28,259 nucleotides of DNA from Thermodesulfobacteriota bacterium (GTDB lineage Bacteria; Desulfobacterota; QYQD01). This document shows, piece by piece, positions 1 through 9,925 of this stretch (position 1 is its first letter; every line of letters starts with the position of its first letter). A model generated the notes under the pieces. That model was not told the origin of the DNA. It did not search any database and saw only the letters and a list, made by a program, of their open reading frames with translations. Location of the stretch: positions 1-28,259 of the forward strand of contig JASEGX010000002.1 in the NCBI GenBank assembly GCA_030017815.1, written 5' to 3'. A program made the translations under genes and the position numbers.

Positions 1-21
1 CCTAAAGATTATCTTTTCGCT

Positions 22-61
22 AAAAACCGGGGTTGTAGAAATTTACAGCCCCGGTTTTTTT
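22..61 (+). terminator. Intrinsic terminator, probably bidirectional, of the gene upstream of the window
   Basis: AAAAACCGGGG-T-TGTA pairs with TACA-G-CCCCGGTTTTT around loop GAAATT; T-tract follows and A-tract precedes. Confidence 0.8.
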
Positions 62-96
62 TCTAATAAAATAATGCCTTGGAGTTACACTCGCGC

Positions 97-729
97 ATGA
101 AATATATAAAGATTCCACCCGCCACTATTTACAGACTGTCCAGGTACAGCCGGAAATTAAGCCTATTGTCAAAAGAGGGACTGGAGGTCGTATCATCAGA
201 GAAACTGGCCGCCGAGTGCGGTGTTAACTCGGCTCAGTTGCGTAAAGATCTGGCATACTTTGGTGAGTTTGGTGTAAGAGGAGTAGGTTATTATACAGGG
301 CATTTATTACAGCATATAAAAAACATCCTGGGTCTGGAAAAAGAATGGCGGCTTGGCCTTTTTGGCGTGGGAAATCTAGGCCAGGCATTGCTCCACTATC
401 CAAATTTTATTAACCAGGGATACCGGTTCGTTGCTGCTTTTGACGTCGATCCTGGCAAGATAGGACAGACGTTAGGGTCTGGATTAGATATCTCGGATAT
501 GAAAGATATTGCCGAAGTCGTGAGCCGAGAACCTTTTGGGATCGGTGTTATAACTACGCCGGCCGGCTGGGCGCAACAAGTCGTTGAACTGGCTATTGAG
601 GCCGGGGTAAAAGGAATTTTAAACTTTGCCCCCGTTATCCTCCGGGTACCTGGAGATGTTGTTGTTGAATATGTTGATTTTACTTTAAGATTAGACTCAT
701 TATCTTATTATCTATCCAACAGGAGCTAA
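97..729 (+). CDS. rex: Redox-sensing transcriptional repressor Rex
   Basis: [31 protein letters not shown] winged helix, GVGNLG Rossmann motif, GILNFAP; ATG at 97 preferred over TTG at 79. Confidence 0.95.
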   Translation: MKYIKIPPATIYRLSRYSRKLSLLSKEGLEVVSSEKLAAECGVNSAQLRKDLAYFGEFGVRGVGYYTGHLLQHIKNILGLEKEWRLGLFGVGNLGQALLHYPNFINQGYRFVAAFDVDPGKIGQTLGSGLDISDMKDIAEVVSREPFGIGVITTPAGWAQQVVELAIEAGVKGILNFAPVILRVPGDVVVEYVDFTLRLDSLSYYLSNRS

Positions 730-3537
730 CACCTTTCGTAAAAACTGACCGGTATATGACCGATTCAGGCGGGAAATCTCTTCCGGAGTACCAGAGCCTA
801 CCACCCAGCCGCCTTCGTCACCTCCTTCCGGTCCCAGATCAATGATATAATCAGCCGTCTTGATCACGTCCATATTGTGCTCAATAATAACCACCGTATT
901 ACCCGCTTCGACTAATTTATTAAGCACCTCAAGCAGCTTGTGTACGTCTGCCGGATGTAATCCGGTTGTAGGTTCGTCCAGGATATAAAGGGTCCGTCCG
1001 GTACCACGTCTTGATAGTTCCCTGGCCAACTTGACCCGCTGGGCCTCACCACCAGAAAGTGTGGTTGCTGACTGCCCAAGGTGAACATAGCCTAAGCCAA
1101 CTTCACGTAAGAGTTTTAACTTGTCCCTTACATTCGGTATGTTCTGAAAAAATTGATAGGCTTCGTCCACGGTCATGTCCAAGACATCGGCTATGGTTTT
1201 GTCTTTGTATCTTATCTCCAGGGTCTCCCGGTTATAACGCTTACCGCGGCAACTCTCACAGGTCACATACACATCCGGCAAAAAATGCATCTCTATTTTA
1301 ATCAGGCCGTCACCGTCACAGGCCTCACAGCGGCCGCCTTTAACGTTAAAACTGAACCTCCCGGCCTTATAGCCCCGTGCCCTGGCCTCTGGCGTACGGG
1401 CAAAAAGATCACGTATCGGCGCAAAAAGTCCGGTGTAAGTAGCCGGATTGGAACGCGGAGTACGCCCAATAGGACTTTGATCCAGGTCGATAACCTTGTC
1501 TATAAACTGTAATCCGTCAATCCTTTCTACACGTCCCGCTCTTTCCTTTGAATGGTACAACCTCTGCGCCAGTGCCTTGTACAAAGTATCGATAACCAGG
1601 GTGGACTTTCCTGAGCCGGATACGCCGGTGACACACACCATCTGCCACAGGGGAATTTTTACCGTAATATTTTTCAAGTTATTTTGAGAAGCCCCTACCG
1701 CCGTAATATACCCATGCGCCAAGGTACGCCTCTTGCCCGGTATGGGAATGGCTCGCCGGCCGGATAAATACTGTCCGGTAAGGGAGGCCCCGGCATGTAG
1801 CAGTTCTGCCGGCGTCCCGGCAAAAACCACTTCGCCGCCTTGCTGGCCTGCGCCCGGCCCCATGTCGATAACATGGTCGGCAGAGCAAATTGTTTCAGTA
1901 TCGTGCTCAACCACAAGTACCGTATTGCCCGTATCCCGCAGTCTTTTCAATGTAGCCAGAAGCCGGGCGTGATCGCGCTGATGCAGGCCGATACTCGGCT
2001 CGTCCAGTACGTAAAGGACTCCCACCATCTGCGAACCGATTTGTGTGGCCAGACGGATGCGCTGGCCTTCGCCGCCGGACAAAGTAGCCGATGCCCGGTT
2101 TAAGGTCAGGTAATCCAGCCCTACCTCTTTAAGAAAAGACAGGCGACTATTTATCTCTCTTAATATGCGCCTGGCAATCCCGAATTCCTTTTCCGTAAGC
2201 GGCAGACGTTCGAATATCTGTATAGCTGTTTTAATGTCCAGATTCACCATCTGATCTATGGCCCAAGGACCAACCCGTACCGAAAGGGCCTCTTTCCGGA
2301 GCCTGGCTCCCTTACAAGCCGGGCAGGGTTGTTCATTCCTGTATTGCTCAATCTCCCCCCGGGCTGACCGGGAGGACGTCTCACGGTAACGACGTTCAAG
2401 CTGCGGAATTATCCCTTCGAACGATTGTCTGTAGAAATGGCGGCGGCTGTCCTTATCATAAGAGAATGATATCTCCTCCCCATTAGAGCCATAAAGTAAG
2501 ACTTTTTTGGCTTGGTCTGGAAGGGTCTTGAAAGGGGTGTGGATGTCAAAGTGATAATGTCCGGACACTGATTCCAGTATTTGTATAAAATGAACGCCGT
2601 GCCGGTGCGCCCAGGGGGCGATGGCGCCTTCACGGAGCGACAGATTGGGGTTGGGAATAATCAAATCGGGATCGAAAAATTGACGGGCGCCCAGTCCGTC
2701 ACAGGCCGGACAGGCCCCGCGGGGATTGTTAAAAGAAAAAAGCTGTGGGGTCAGTTCCGGCAGACTGATCCCGCAATAGATGCAGGCCTGTTTCTGGCTG
2801 AAAAATATTTCCTCCTCTTCGTTCACCTGCACCAGGGCTATACCCTCGGATAGTATGGTGGCAAGGTTGAGAGAATCGGCCAGCCTTCTCTCGAGGCCCG
2901 GCCGGATAACAAGACGATCAATTACCGCCTCAATAGTATGCCGCTTATGCCTATCAAGGATTGGGCTTTCTTCTAGACTTAAAATCCGGCCATCGACCCT
3001 GGCCCGGACAAAGCCCTCTTTTCTGAGCCGCTGCCAGACGTTTTGATGTTCTCCCTTTTTCTGTACTACTATCGGGGCCATGATTATTATCCGGCTTCCT
3101 TTTGTTAGCCGCATAATGGAATCAACCATTTGATCAATGGTCTGAGTTTGGATCTCGCGGCCGCACTGGTAACAAAAAGGCCGGCCAATGCGGGCAAAAA
3201 GTAGCCGCAAATAGTCATAAATTTCCGTTACTGTGCCTACTGTAGAACGGGGGTTTTTACTGATTGTCTTTTGTTCAATGGCAATAGCCGGAGAAAGGCC
3301 CTCAATGGATTCGACATCCGGTTTCTCCATCTGCTCCAGAAATTGCCGGGCATAAGCCGACAGGGATTCCACATAACGACGTTGCCCTTCGGCGTAGATG
3401 GTATCAAAGGCCAGGGTGGACTTACCGGAACCACTTAAGCCCGTTATAACGGTGAGCTTATCGCGGGGGATGGTAACGTCTATATTCTTGAGATTATGTT
3501 GCCTAGCGCCCTTTATGACTATATTCTCAGAAGCCAT
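712..3537 (-). CDS. uvrA: Excinuclease ABC subunit A
   Basis: Two ABC modules ([25 protein letters not shown]), Zn fingers, N-terminal [14 protein letters not shown]; 941 aa. Confidence 0.98.
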   Translation of the reverse strand: MASENIVIKGARQHNLKNIDVTIPRDKLTVITGLSGSGKSTLAFDTIYAEGQRRYVESLSAYARQFLEQMEKPDVESIEGLSPAIAIEQKTISKNPRSTVGTVTEIYDYLRLLFARIGRPFCYQCGREIQTQTIDQMVDSIMRLTKGSRIIIMAPIVVQKKGEHQNVWQRLRKEGFVRARVDGRILSLEESPILDRHKRHTIEAVIDRLVIRPGLERRLADSLNLATILSEGIALVQVNEEEEIFFSQKQACIYCGISLPELTPQLFSFNNPRGACPACDGLGARQFFDPDLIIPNPNLSLREGAIAPWAHRHGVHFIQILESVSGHYHFDIHTPFKTLPDQAKKVLLYGSNGEEISFSYDKDSRRHFYRQSFEGIIPQLERRYRETSSRSARGEIEQYRNEQPCPACKGARLRKEALSVRVGPWAIDQMVNLDIKTAIQIFERLPLTEKEFGIARRILREINSRLSFLKEVGLDYLTLNRASATLSGGEGQRIRLATQIGSQMVGVLYVLDEPSIGLHQRDHARLLATLKRLRDTGNTVLVVEHDTETICSADHVIDMGPGAGQQGGEVVFAGTPAELLHAGASLTGQYLSGRRAIPIPGKRRTLAHGYITAVGASQNNLKNITVKIPLWQMVCVTGVSGSGKSTLVIDTLYKALAQRLYHSKERAGRVERIDGLQFIDKVIDLDQSPIGRTPRSNPATYTGLFAPIRDLFARTPEARARGYKAGRFSFNVKGGRCEACDGDGLIKIEMHFLPDVYVTCESCRGKRYNRETLEIRYKDKTIADVLDMTVDEAYQFFQNIPNVRDKLKLLREVGLGYVHLGQSATTLSGGEAQRVKLARELSRRGTGRTLYILDEPTTGLHPADVHKLLEVLNKLVEAGNTVVIIEHNMDVIKTADYIIDLGPEGGDEGGWVVGSGTPEEISRLNRSYTGQFLRKVLAPVG

Positions 3538-3543
3538 TTATCC

Positions 3544-4578
3544 TCAGACACCATGTCCCTTCCGATGCGTAGCCATATAGGCGGCTAACCTGAGCGCGGC
3601 CAGGAGGCTGGATGGATCGGCCTTTCCACGGCCCGCCAGGTCATAAGCCGTTCCGTGATCTACAGAAGTACGAATAATGGGCAACCCTAAGGTTATGTTT
3701 ACGCCGTCTTTGAAATGCAATAGTTTTAAAGGGATAAGGGCCTGATCATGATACATGGCGATGACCGCGTCGAACTCTCCCTGACTGGCCCTATAAAATA
3801 CAGTGTCAGCCGGAAACGGCCCTCCGGCATCTATCCCCAACCCTTTAGCGGTATCAATAGCAGGGGCGATTATTTTGACCTCCTCATCCCCAAAGAGACC
3901 CCCCTCTCCGGCATGAGGATTCAAGGCCGAAATGGCAAGCCGGGGTTGTTCCAGATCAAAATACCGGCGCAATGCCGAATCAGTAACTATCAGGTTTTCC
4001 AGAATCTTTTCCCGGGTCAACCGGGCCGCCACGTCCCGAAGGGGCAGATGGATGGTCACCGGCACTACTTTTAACCTGTCGCCCGCCAGCATCATGGCAT
4101 ACTGCCTCGCGCCTGTTTTCTCCGCCAGGAGCTCTGTATGGCCCGGATACTCATACCCCGCCATGTGCATGGCCTCTTTATTAATCGGGGCGGTGGTTAT
4201 AGCCTGGACGCGGCCGGAGAGGGCCAGCTCAATAGCCCGCAGGATGTAATTAACCATAACGGCGCCCGTCTGGGCAGTCGGCCGGCCATAAACACACTGT
4301 GCGGGATTCAGATCAGAAACTGGAAGGAGAAAGATTTTTTCAGGTCGATCGCCCTGTCGAAATGAGCGCCCGATTTGCTCAATATCGGCCTCCTTTATTA
4401 CGCTTATGTCTAAAGAGACGCCTGTGGTCTTAATCGCTCGTTCCATGATAGCCCGATCCCCCACCACAACAGGCCGGCAGTGGCCATATACCTTATGTTC
4501 AGCCAGAGAACAGGCAATAATTTCCGGACCGACCCCCACCGGACAACCCATAGTCAAGGCAATAACAGGTAGCGTCAG
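3544..4578 (-). CDS. pdxA: 4-hydroxythreonine-4-phosphate dehydrogenase (PdxA family)
   Basis: TAPINKE, GHTE, LNPHAGE, PADT, MYHDQ, RTSVDHGTA motifs. Start extended from TTG 4557 to CTG 4578 (gives MTLPVIALTMG, AAGGAG 8 nt upstream); the start is uncertain. Confidence 0.9.
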   Translation of the reverse strand: MTLPVIALTMGCPVGVGPEIIACSLAEHKVYGHCRPVVVGDRAIMERAIKTTGVSLDISVIKEADIEQIGRSFRQGDRPEKIFLLPVSDLNPAQCVYGRPTAQTGAVMVNYILRAIELALSGRVQAITTAPINKEAMHMAGYEYPGHTELLAEKTGARQYAMMLAGDRLKVVPVTIHLPLRDVAARLTREKILENLIVTDSALRRYFDLEQPRLAISALNPHAGEGGLFGDEEVKIIAPAIDTAKGLGIDAGGPFPADTVFYRASQGEFDAVIAMYHDQALIPLKLLHFKDGVNITLGLPIIRTSVDHGTAYDLAGRGKADPSSLLAALRLAAYMATHRKGHGV

Positions 4579-4610
4579 CTTCTCAACTCCTTAATGGTTT
4601 TTAAAATATC

Positions 4611-4639
4611 AATTTAAAAAATCAGATGCTTAATGTCAA
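4611..4639 (-). promoter_or_regulatory. Putative sigma70 promoter for pdxA-uvrA
   Basis: Minus strand TTGACA (4639-4634), 17 nt spacer, TAAATT (4616-4611). Confidence 0.5.
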
Positions 4640-4678
4640 TGTCCGTTTCTCCTCTTGTCAAGCCCTATAAAGCATAAG

Positions 4679-4707
4679 TTGACAACCGTTCGTCTTTGTT
4701 CTAACTT
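4679..4707 (+). promoter_or_regulatory. Putative sigma70 promoter for hpt
   Basis: TTGACA (4679-4684), 17 nt spacer, TAACTT. Confidence 0.45.
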
Positions 4708-4743
4708 GAACGTCTGAATTTGGTCTATAGAAAGGGAGATCAC

Positions 4744-5265
4744 ATGTGTGAGAAGAAGCTCGTGTTCCCCCGGGATGTAATTCAGAAGAGGATCAAGGAG
4801 TTAGGGAAAGAAATCTCCGGGGACTACGCCGGCCGTGAACTGGTATTAATCGGTGTATTAAACGGCGCTTTTGTTTTTATGGCTGACTTGATGCGTTCCC
4901 TGGATATCCCGGTTCAGGTTGACTTTGTACGTTTGGCCAGTTATGGCTCCAAAACAGAATCCACCGGCGAGGTCAGGTTCACCAAAGATATCGAGATGCC
5001 TATTACCGATAAAAATGTCCTGGTGGTGGAAGACATTATAGATACCGGTCATACGCTGAGTTATTTTAACGACATAATAGCCCTTCATAAACCGCGTTCT
5101 ATTAAGGTTTGCGCCCTCATAAGTAAGACCGGTCGACGAAAAACACCCATTGTTATAGACTACGCGGGCTTTGAACTGGAAAGAGGTTTTCTGGTAGGGT
5201 ATGGCCTGGATTACAACGAGAATTATCGTCACCTGCCAGATATTTGTTCCATTACTGTATCCTAG
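4744..5265 (+). CDS. hpt: Hypoxanthine phosphoribosyltransferase
   Basis: LIGVLNGAFVFMADL, PRPP-binding VLVVEDIIDTG, FLVGYGLDY; ATG 4744 with AGGGAG RBS. Confidence 0.95.
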   Translation: MCEKKLVFPRDVIQKRIKELGKEISGDYAGRELVLIGVLNGAFVFMADLMRSLDIPVQVDFVRLASYGSKTESTGEVRFTKDIEMPITDKNVLVVEDIIDTGHTLSYFNDIIALHKPRSIKVCALISKTGRRKTPIVIDYAGFELERGFLVGYGLDYNENYRHLPDICSITVS

Positions 5266-5410
5266 TGTAGTGCGTCATAAGTCCCTTTACTTTGATTGTC
5301 ATTCCGGGCTTGACCCGGAATCTAGTTTTTTTGCCTTTCTGGATTCCTGCTTTCGCAGGAATGACAACTCTAAGATCATTGTAAAGATGCGTTAGAGACA
5401 CTACACTAGG
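5261..5410. mobile_element. 150-bp MITE-like element with CTAG-type ends and internal GTCATTCC/GGAATGAC palindromes
   Basis: Perfect 12-bp inverted ends CCTAGTGTAGTG (5261-5272) / CACTACACTAGG (5399-5410); internal hairpins GTCATTCCGGGCTTGACCCGGAATC and GGATTCCTGCTTTCGCAGGAATGAC. Confidence 0.75.
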
Positions 5411-5445
5411 AGCCCTCCGGATCAGACCGGATAGATGAAAAGCTG

Positions 5446-5474
5446 TTGCAATTCACTATGCTATTAGTTAAATT
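5446..5474 (+). promoter_or_regulatory. Putative sigma70 promoter for DUF4390-ntrYX
   Basis: TTGCAA, 17 nt spacer, TAAATT. Confidence 0.35.
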
Positions 5475-5508
5475 TTCCCAAAACACACCTGATTCTGCCT
5501 CATAACTT

Positions 5509-6078
5509 ATGAGAAAAACAGTTCATCATAATTGGTGCCGCTTTCTTGTTATTTTTGTGGCCCTATCCGTGTTTCTTACGCCATCTCTGGAGGCCAAGGG
5601 TATAAAGTTAACAGATGTCATCGTAAACAACTCCAGCAATGACCTGTTGGCCTATTTTAACGTTCGAAACTGCTTCGATAGCGACACCAGTAAGGCCCTT
5701 ATGAACGGCCTTACGATAAGGCTTACCTTGAATATCCGTCTTTACCAGGTCTATCATCTCTGGCCGGACTCCCTCCTGGCCTCGCTGGATATGGAGCACA
5801 GTATTCGCTATGATGCCCTGAAGGAGGAGTTCTTTGTTGATTTGGATGGTAAGAAGCTCAGATTTAGGGAAGCGGCAAAGGCCCAGCAGGCGGTAAGCGA
5901 AATAACCGGGGTACCGGTTATTGCCTTAAAGAAACTCACCCAAAACAATCTCTATCAGCTCCAGATAAAGGCCATCCTTGAGAAAGAGCCTACTTCCTCT
6001 GCATTTCATTATATCATCTCCTTGTTTTCTTTTTGGGATTCGGAGACAGATAATTATAGCGTAGAGTTTAAATACTGA
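5509..6078 (+). CDS. DUF4390 family exported protein
   Basis: Signal-peptide-like N-terminus, size, typical position directly upstream of ntrY, C-terminal FWDSETD-like motif. Confidence 0.75.
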   Translation: MRKTVHHNWCRFLVIFVALSVFLTPSLEAKGIKLTDVIVNNSSNDLLAYFNVRNCFDSDTSKALMNGLTIRLTLNIRLYQVYHLWPDSLLASLDMEHSIRYDALKEEFFVDLDGKKLRFREAAKAQQAVSEITGVPVIALKKLTQNNLYQLQIKAILEKEPTSSAFHYIISLFSFWDSETDNYSVEFKY

Positions 6079-6082
6079 AATA

Positions 6083-8314
6083 ATGACCGAAACACCGGAT
6101 ATTCAGAGCAAGGAAAGGAAAAGACAGAAACGGGAAAGACTTATTATTCTGATTACGCTGGTCTTGATTATCGGGCTGGCCTTTCTGGGTATCAAGGTCT
6201 TACATCTTTCTCCGTCTAAGGTTTTGGGCGGGAATATCCTCCTTTTTGCCCTCATAAACATCAACCTTATCCTCATTCTTCTCCTCATTTTTCTTGTTCT
6301 AAAAAATGTGGTTAAGCTCATCTTTGAGCGGCGTCACAATATACTAGGGGCTAAGCTGCGTACCAGGCTGGTTGTGGCTTTTGTTCTGTTTGCCCTGCTG
6401 CCAACCACTTTCCTCTTTTTTATTTCATTGCAGTTCATAAATACGAGCATTGATTATTGGTTTAACGTACGCGTAGAAAAGTCTCTCGAGGACTCTTTAG
6501 AGGTAGGGCGGACATTTTATAAAAAGGTCGAGGAAAATGTAATTACCCATGCCGACAGAATGAGCAGAGAAATCACCCGGTCTGGATTGATGTCTGAAGC
6601 GGACCGGGGCGAACTCACCCGGTATCTGCGCGCCGGGCCGGAAGAGTTTCACCTTGATACTGTGGAGGTCATTCTCCCTTCGTACGAAGAATTGGCCGGT
6701 TACCGGCGGCCGGGTGTGGGAATGTTTGAACTGGCACAAATCCCCTCAAAAACATTAAGACGCTGTCTCAATGGCGAAAAGGGTATTATCGATACTTTTA
6801 CCTCCGCCGATGGTGATTTAGTGAGGGGATTTTATCCTGTTTTTTCGTCTGCCGATGGGGATGATGTCATCGGCGTCCTGGCTGTTGGTATTTTTGTCCC
6901 GGCCGGTCTTACCGCCAAGATGAAGAATATAGCCGGGGGTATTGAAAATTATAAGCAGTTAAAGCTCCTTAAAAACCCGATCAGGGTCAGCTTAATTATT
7001 ATTCTTTTGATCATCAGTCTGATCATCGTTTTTTCCGCGACCTGGTTCGGCTTTTATCTGGCCAGAGGTATTACCGTCCCTATTCAGCATTTAGCCGAAG
7101 GGACGCGTCGCATTGCCGGAGGCGACCTTGATTTTACTATTGACGTCCGGTCAGAAGATGAGATCGGAACCCTGGTGCATTCTTTTAACAAGATGACTGC
7201 TGACCTCAAGAGAAGTCACTCCGAACTGGAAAGGGCCGGTGAAGAACTCCAGAAGAGTTATCTGGAGTTGGAACAGAGGAGGCGCTACACGGAGATAATC
7301 TTGAGGAATGTGGCAGCCGGTGTAGTTTCCATTGATAATGACGGACGCATCAGCACCATGAATAAATTTGCCGAAGAATTGTTTGGAATACGCCACGGAG
7401 ATGTTGTCGGCAAGACCTATCAGGAATTGGCTACTCCGGGGCAATTAGCTATAATTAATGCCCTGGTGGAGGAAGCCCGGCGGGCAAAGAAGGGTTCCGT
7501 ACAAAAGTCGGTTCGAATTACGGCCGGTAATAGGGGCCTGTCTCTTCTCGTTAATGCCACGCTTTTGAAAGATGACGCTGGGAATAATATTGGCATGGTC
7601 ATTGTCTTTGATGACTTGACTCAATTAGAAAAGGTCCAGCGGATGGCGGCCTGGCGTGAAGTGGCCAGGCGCATAGCGCATGAAGTAAAGAACCCTCTGA
7701 CGCCGATACAATTATCTGCCCAGAGATTGCGTAAGAGATATATTGAGAAGTTGGCCGATGACAGCAAGGTGTTCGATGACTGTACCAGAACCATCATTAA
7801 CCAGGTAGAGGAATTGAAACGACTGGTCAACGAATTTTCGCTTTTTGCCCGCTTGCCGGCGACCAATCCAGCCCTGAATAGCCTGGAAGGCGTTGTTGAG
7901 GAAAGCTTAACCCTATATCGGGATAGTCATAAAGATATCGATTTTGTCACCATGGTGCATCAACCTATTCCCCAATTCTACTTTGACCGCGAGCAGATCA
8001 AACGGGTCATGATCAATCTCTTTGATAATGCGCTTGCCGCTATGGAGGGTCATGGTAAAATTGAAACAGAGCTTTTTTATGACAGTTCTAATCCGCCTCT
8101 GGTAAGGATTGAAGTCAGTGATACCGGTAAGGGTATCGCCCCCGGAGACAGAGAGAGGCTGTTTGAACCTTATTTTTCAACTAAGAAAGGCGGGACGGGT
8201 CTGGGATTGAGTATTGTAAGCACTATCATCTCGGATCACAATGGTTATATAAGGGTGCAGGACAATGAACCCAAAGGGGCCAGGTTTGTTATCGAGCTCC
8301 CTTTGCTGGTATGA
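6083..8314 (+). CDS. ntrY: NtrY-family membrane sensor histidine kinase (HAMP, PAS, HisKA, HATPase)
   Basis: N-terminal TM helices, KLRTRLV, WREVARRIAHEVKNPLTPIQLSA H-box, DTGKG, FSTKKGGTGLGL. Confidence 0.9.
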   Translation: MTETPDIQSKERKRQKRERLIILITLVLIIGLAFLGIKVLHLSPSKVLGGNILLFALININLILILLLIFLVLKNVVKLIFERRHNILGAKLRTRLVVAFVLFALLPTTFLFFISLQFINTSIDYWFNVRVEKSLEDSLEVGRTFYKKVEENVITHADRMSREITRSGLMSEADRGELTRYLRAGPEEFHLDTVEVILPSYEELAGYRRPGVGMFELAQIPSKTLRRCLNGEKGIIDTFTSADGDLVRGFYPVFSSADGDDVIGVLAVGIFVPAGLTAKMKNIAGGIENYKQLKLLKNPIRVSLIIILLIISLIIVFSATWFGFYLARGITVPIQHLAEGTRRIAGGDLDFTIDVRSEDEIGTLVHSFNKMTADLKRSHSELERAGEELQKSYLELEQRRRYTEIILRNVAAGVVSIDNDGRISTMNKFAEELFGIRHGDVVGKTYQELATPGQLAIINALVEEARRAKKGSVQKSVRITAGNRGLSLLVNATLLKDDAGNNIGMVIVFDDLTQLEKVQRMAAWREVARRIAHEVKNPLTPIQLSAQRLRKRYIEKLADDSKVFDDCTRTIINQVEELKRLVNEFSLFARLPATNPALNSLEGVVEESLTLYRDSHKDIDFVTMVHQPIPQFYFDREQIKRVMINLFDNALAAMEGHGKIETELFYDSSNPPLVRIEVSDTGKGIAPGDRERLFEPYFSTKKGGTGLGLSIVSTIISDHNGYIRVQDNEPKGARFVIELPLLV

Positions 8315-8335
8315 AAGGACGTATGGGTTCGGGAT

Positions 8336-9712
8336 ATGGCCAAACGCATATTGATAGTTGATGACGAAGTTAGCATTCTGGATTCCCTGGGCGGGATACT
8401 GGAGGACGAGGGGTTTGAGCCTGTCCGGGCGCAAAATGGCGAGGATGCCCTGGGCCGGTTAAGCGAGGCAGTGCCGGATTTAGTGCTTTTAGATGTGTGG
8501 ATGCCTCCGGGCATAGATGGGCTGGAAGTGCTCAGAAGGATCAAGCTCGATTATCCATTTCTCCCCGTAGTGATAATGTCCGGCCATGGCACTGTGGAGA
8601 CGGCAGTCAAGGCGACCAAGCTGGGGGCGCATGATTTTATTGAAAAACCGCTTTCCCTGGAAAAAGTCGTTCTAACTATAAATAATACTCTTGATTACAG
8701 CCGGTTAGAAGAGGAAAACCTTCTTTTACGCCAGCGGGTAGGGCGTAAACCAGAACTCACCGGGCAAAGCGAGGCGATGCTGGAGTTAAAGAGACAGATT
8801 GTCCTGGTGGCGCCTACTTCGGCCTGGGTATTGATAAAGGGGGAAAATGGGGTAGGCAAGGAGCTGGTATCTCATGCCATACACAGGCAGAGCAAGCGAG
8901 CGTCCCGGCCTCTGATCGAGGTAAACTGCGCGGCCATTCCCGAAGAACTTATTGAAAGCGAGCTTTTTGGGCATGAAAAGGGCTCTTTTACGGGCGCTAC
9001 TACCATGAGGCGCGGCAAGTTTGACTTGGCCAATGAAGGCACGCTCTTCCTGGATGAGATCGGCGATATGAGTCTTAAGACCCAGGCCAAGATACTGCGC
9101 ATACTGCAGGAGCAAAAATTCGAACGTGTAGGCGGGACAAAGACCATAAATGTTGATGTGCGGGTCATCGCCGCATCTAACAAGAACCTTGAGGAAGAGA
9201 TTAAAAAAGGGAATTTTCGTGAGGATCTTTACCACCGATTAAATGTAGTGCCGATCGAAATGCCCCCGCTAAGGGAGCGGTTGAGCGATATCCCCCTTTT
9301 AGTTAAGGAGTTTTTGTCTGAATTTGCTTCAGATGGCGGGTTAAGGCGCAAAGAAATAAGCGATGGCGCCCTGCAATTGCTCGCTGCCTATCATTGGCCT
9401 GGAAATGTCAGGGAGTTGAGAAATGTTGTGGAAAGATTGGTGATTATGTCCCCGGGCGCACTTATTACAGAGAAGGACGTTTCTTCTTCGATACGGGGGG
9501 CTAAAGCAGTAGAAAAGAAGGCGGGAGATATGTTTGCATTCGAGACGTTTAAGGATGCCAAGGCCCATTTTGAGCGCGGGTTTATATTGCATAAGCTGGC
9601 TGAAAATGACGGCAATATCTCCCAGACCGCTGAAAAGATAGGTCTGGAGAGAAGCCATCTCCACCGCAAGATGAAGGCCTTAGGTCTGGACAGTGTAAAG
9701 TCCGGGCAATAA
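8336..9712 (+). CDS. ntrX: Sigma54-dependent response regulator NtrX (REC-AAA-HTH_Fis)
   Basis: ILIVDDE, LLDVWMP, GENGVGKE, ESELFGHEKGSFTGA, WPGNVREL, GNISQTAEKIGLERSHLHRK. Confidence 0.9.
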   Translation: MAKRILIVDDEVSILDSLGGILEDEGFEPVRAQNGEDALGRLSEAVPDLVLLDVWMPPGIDGLEVLRRIKLDYPFLPVVIMSGHGTVETAVKATKLGAHDFIEKPLSLEKVVLTINNTLDYSRLEEENLLLRQRVGRKPELTGQSEAMLELKRQIVLVAPTSAWVLIKGENGVGKELVSHAIHRQSKRASRPLIEVNCAAIPEELIESELFGHEKGSFTGATTMRRGKFDLANEGTLFLDEIGDMSLKTQAKILRILQEQKFERVGGTKTINVDVRVIAASNKNLEEEIKKGNFREDLYHRLNVVPIEMPPLRERLSDIPLLVKEFLSEFASDGGLRRKEISDGALQLLAAYHWPGNVRELRNVVERLVIMSPGALITEKDVSSSIRGAKAVEKKAGDMFAFETFKDAKAHFERGFILHKLAENDGNISQTAEKIGLERSHLHRKMKALGLDSVKSGQ

Positions 9713-9757
9713 AAATAATTTGAAATATGGGCAGATAGTGACTATAGTTACAAATGA

Positions 9758-9883
9758 GCCTCTTGCAAAACTCCATTTTTTGTCATTCCCGCAACGCTTT
9801 TGAGCGGGAATCTGGTTTTATTCAAGTAAAAACCATATCCCCGATAGAATCATTCGGGGATGACAGACAATTTTGCAAGAGGC
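9758..9883. mobile_element. 126-bp MITE-like element, GCCTCTTGCAAAA family, copy 1
   Basis: Perfect 13-bp inverted ends GCCTCTTGCAAAA / TTTTGCAAGAGGC; internal GTCATTCCCGC..GCGGGAATC and ATCCCCGA..TCGGGGATGAC hairpins. Confidence 0.8.
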
Positions 9884-9925
9884 ACTAAATATAACAGATC
9901 TTGTATAATACCTGGTAATTTTAAG

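Noticed and set aside
9873-9909. MITE end TTGCAA acting as -35 for the TATAAT at 9904
   Set aside because: The spacer is 25 nt, too long. The TATAAT alone may still be a real -10
9860-9925. ClpX start at ATG 9860
   Set aside because: This ATG is part of the GGGGATGAC hairpin end of the repeat element, and the extra residues look non-coding
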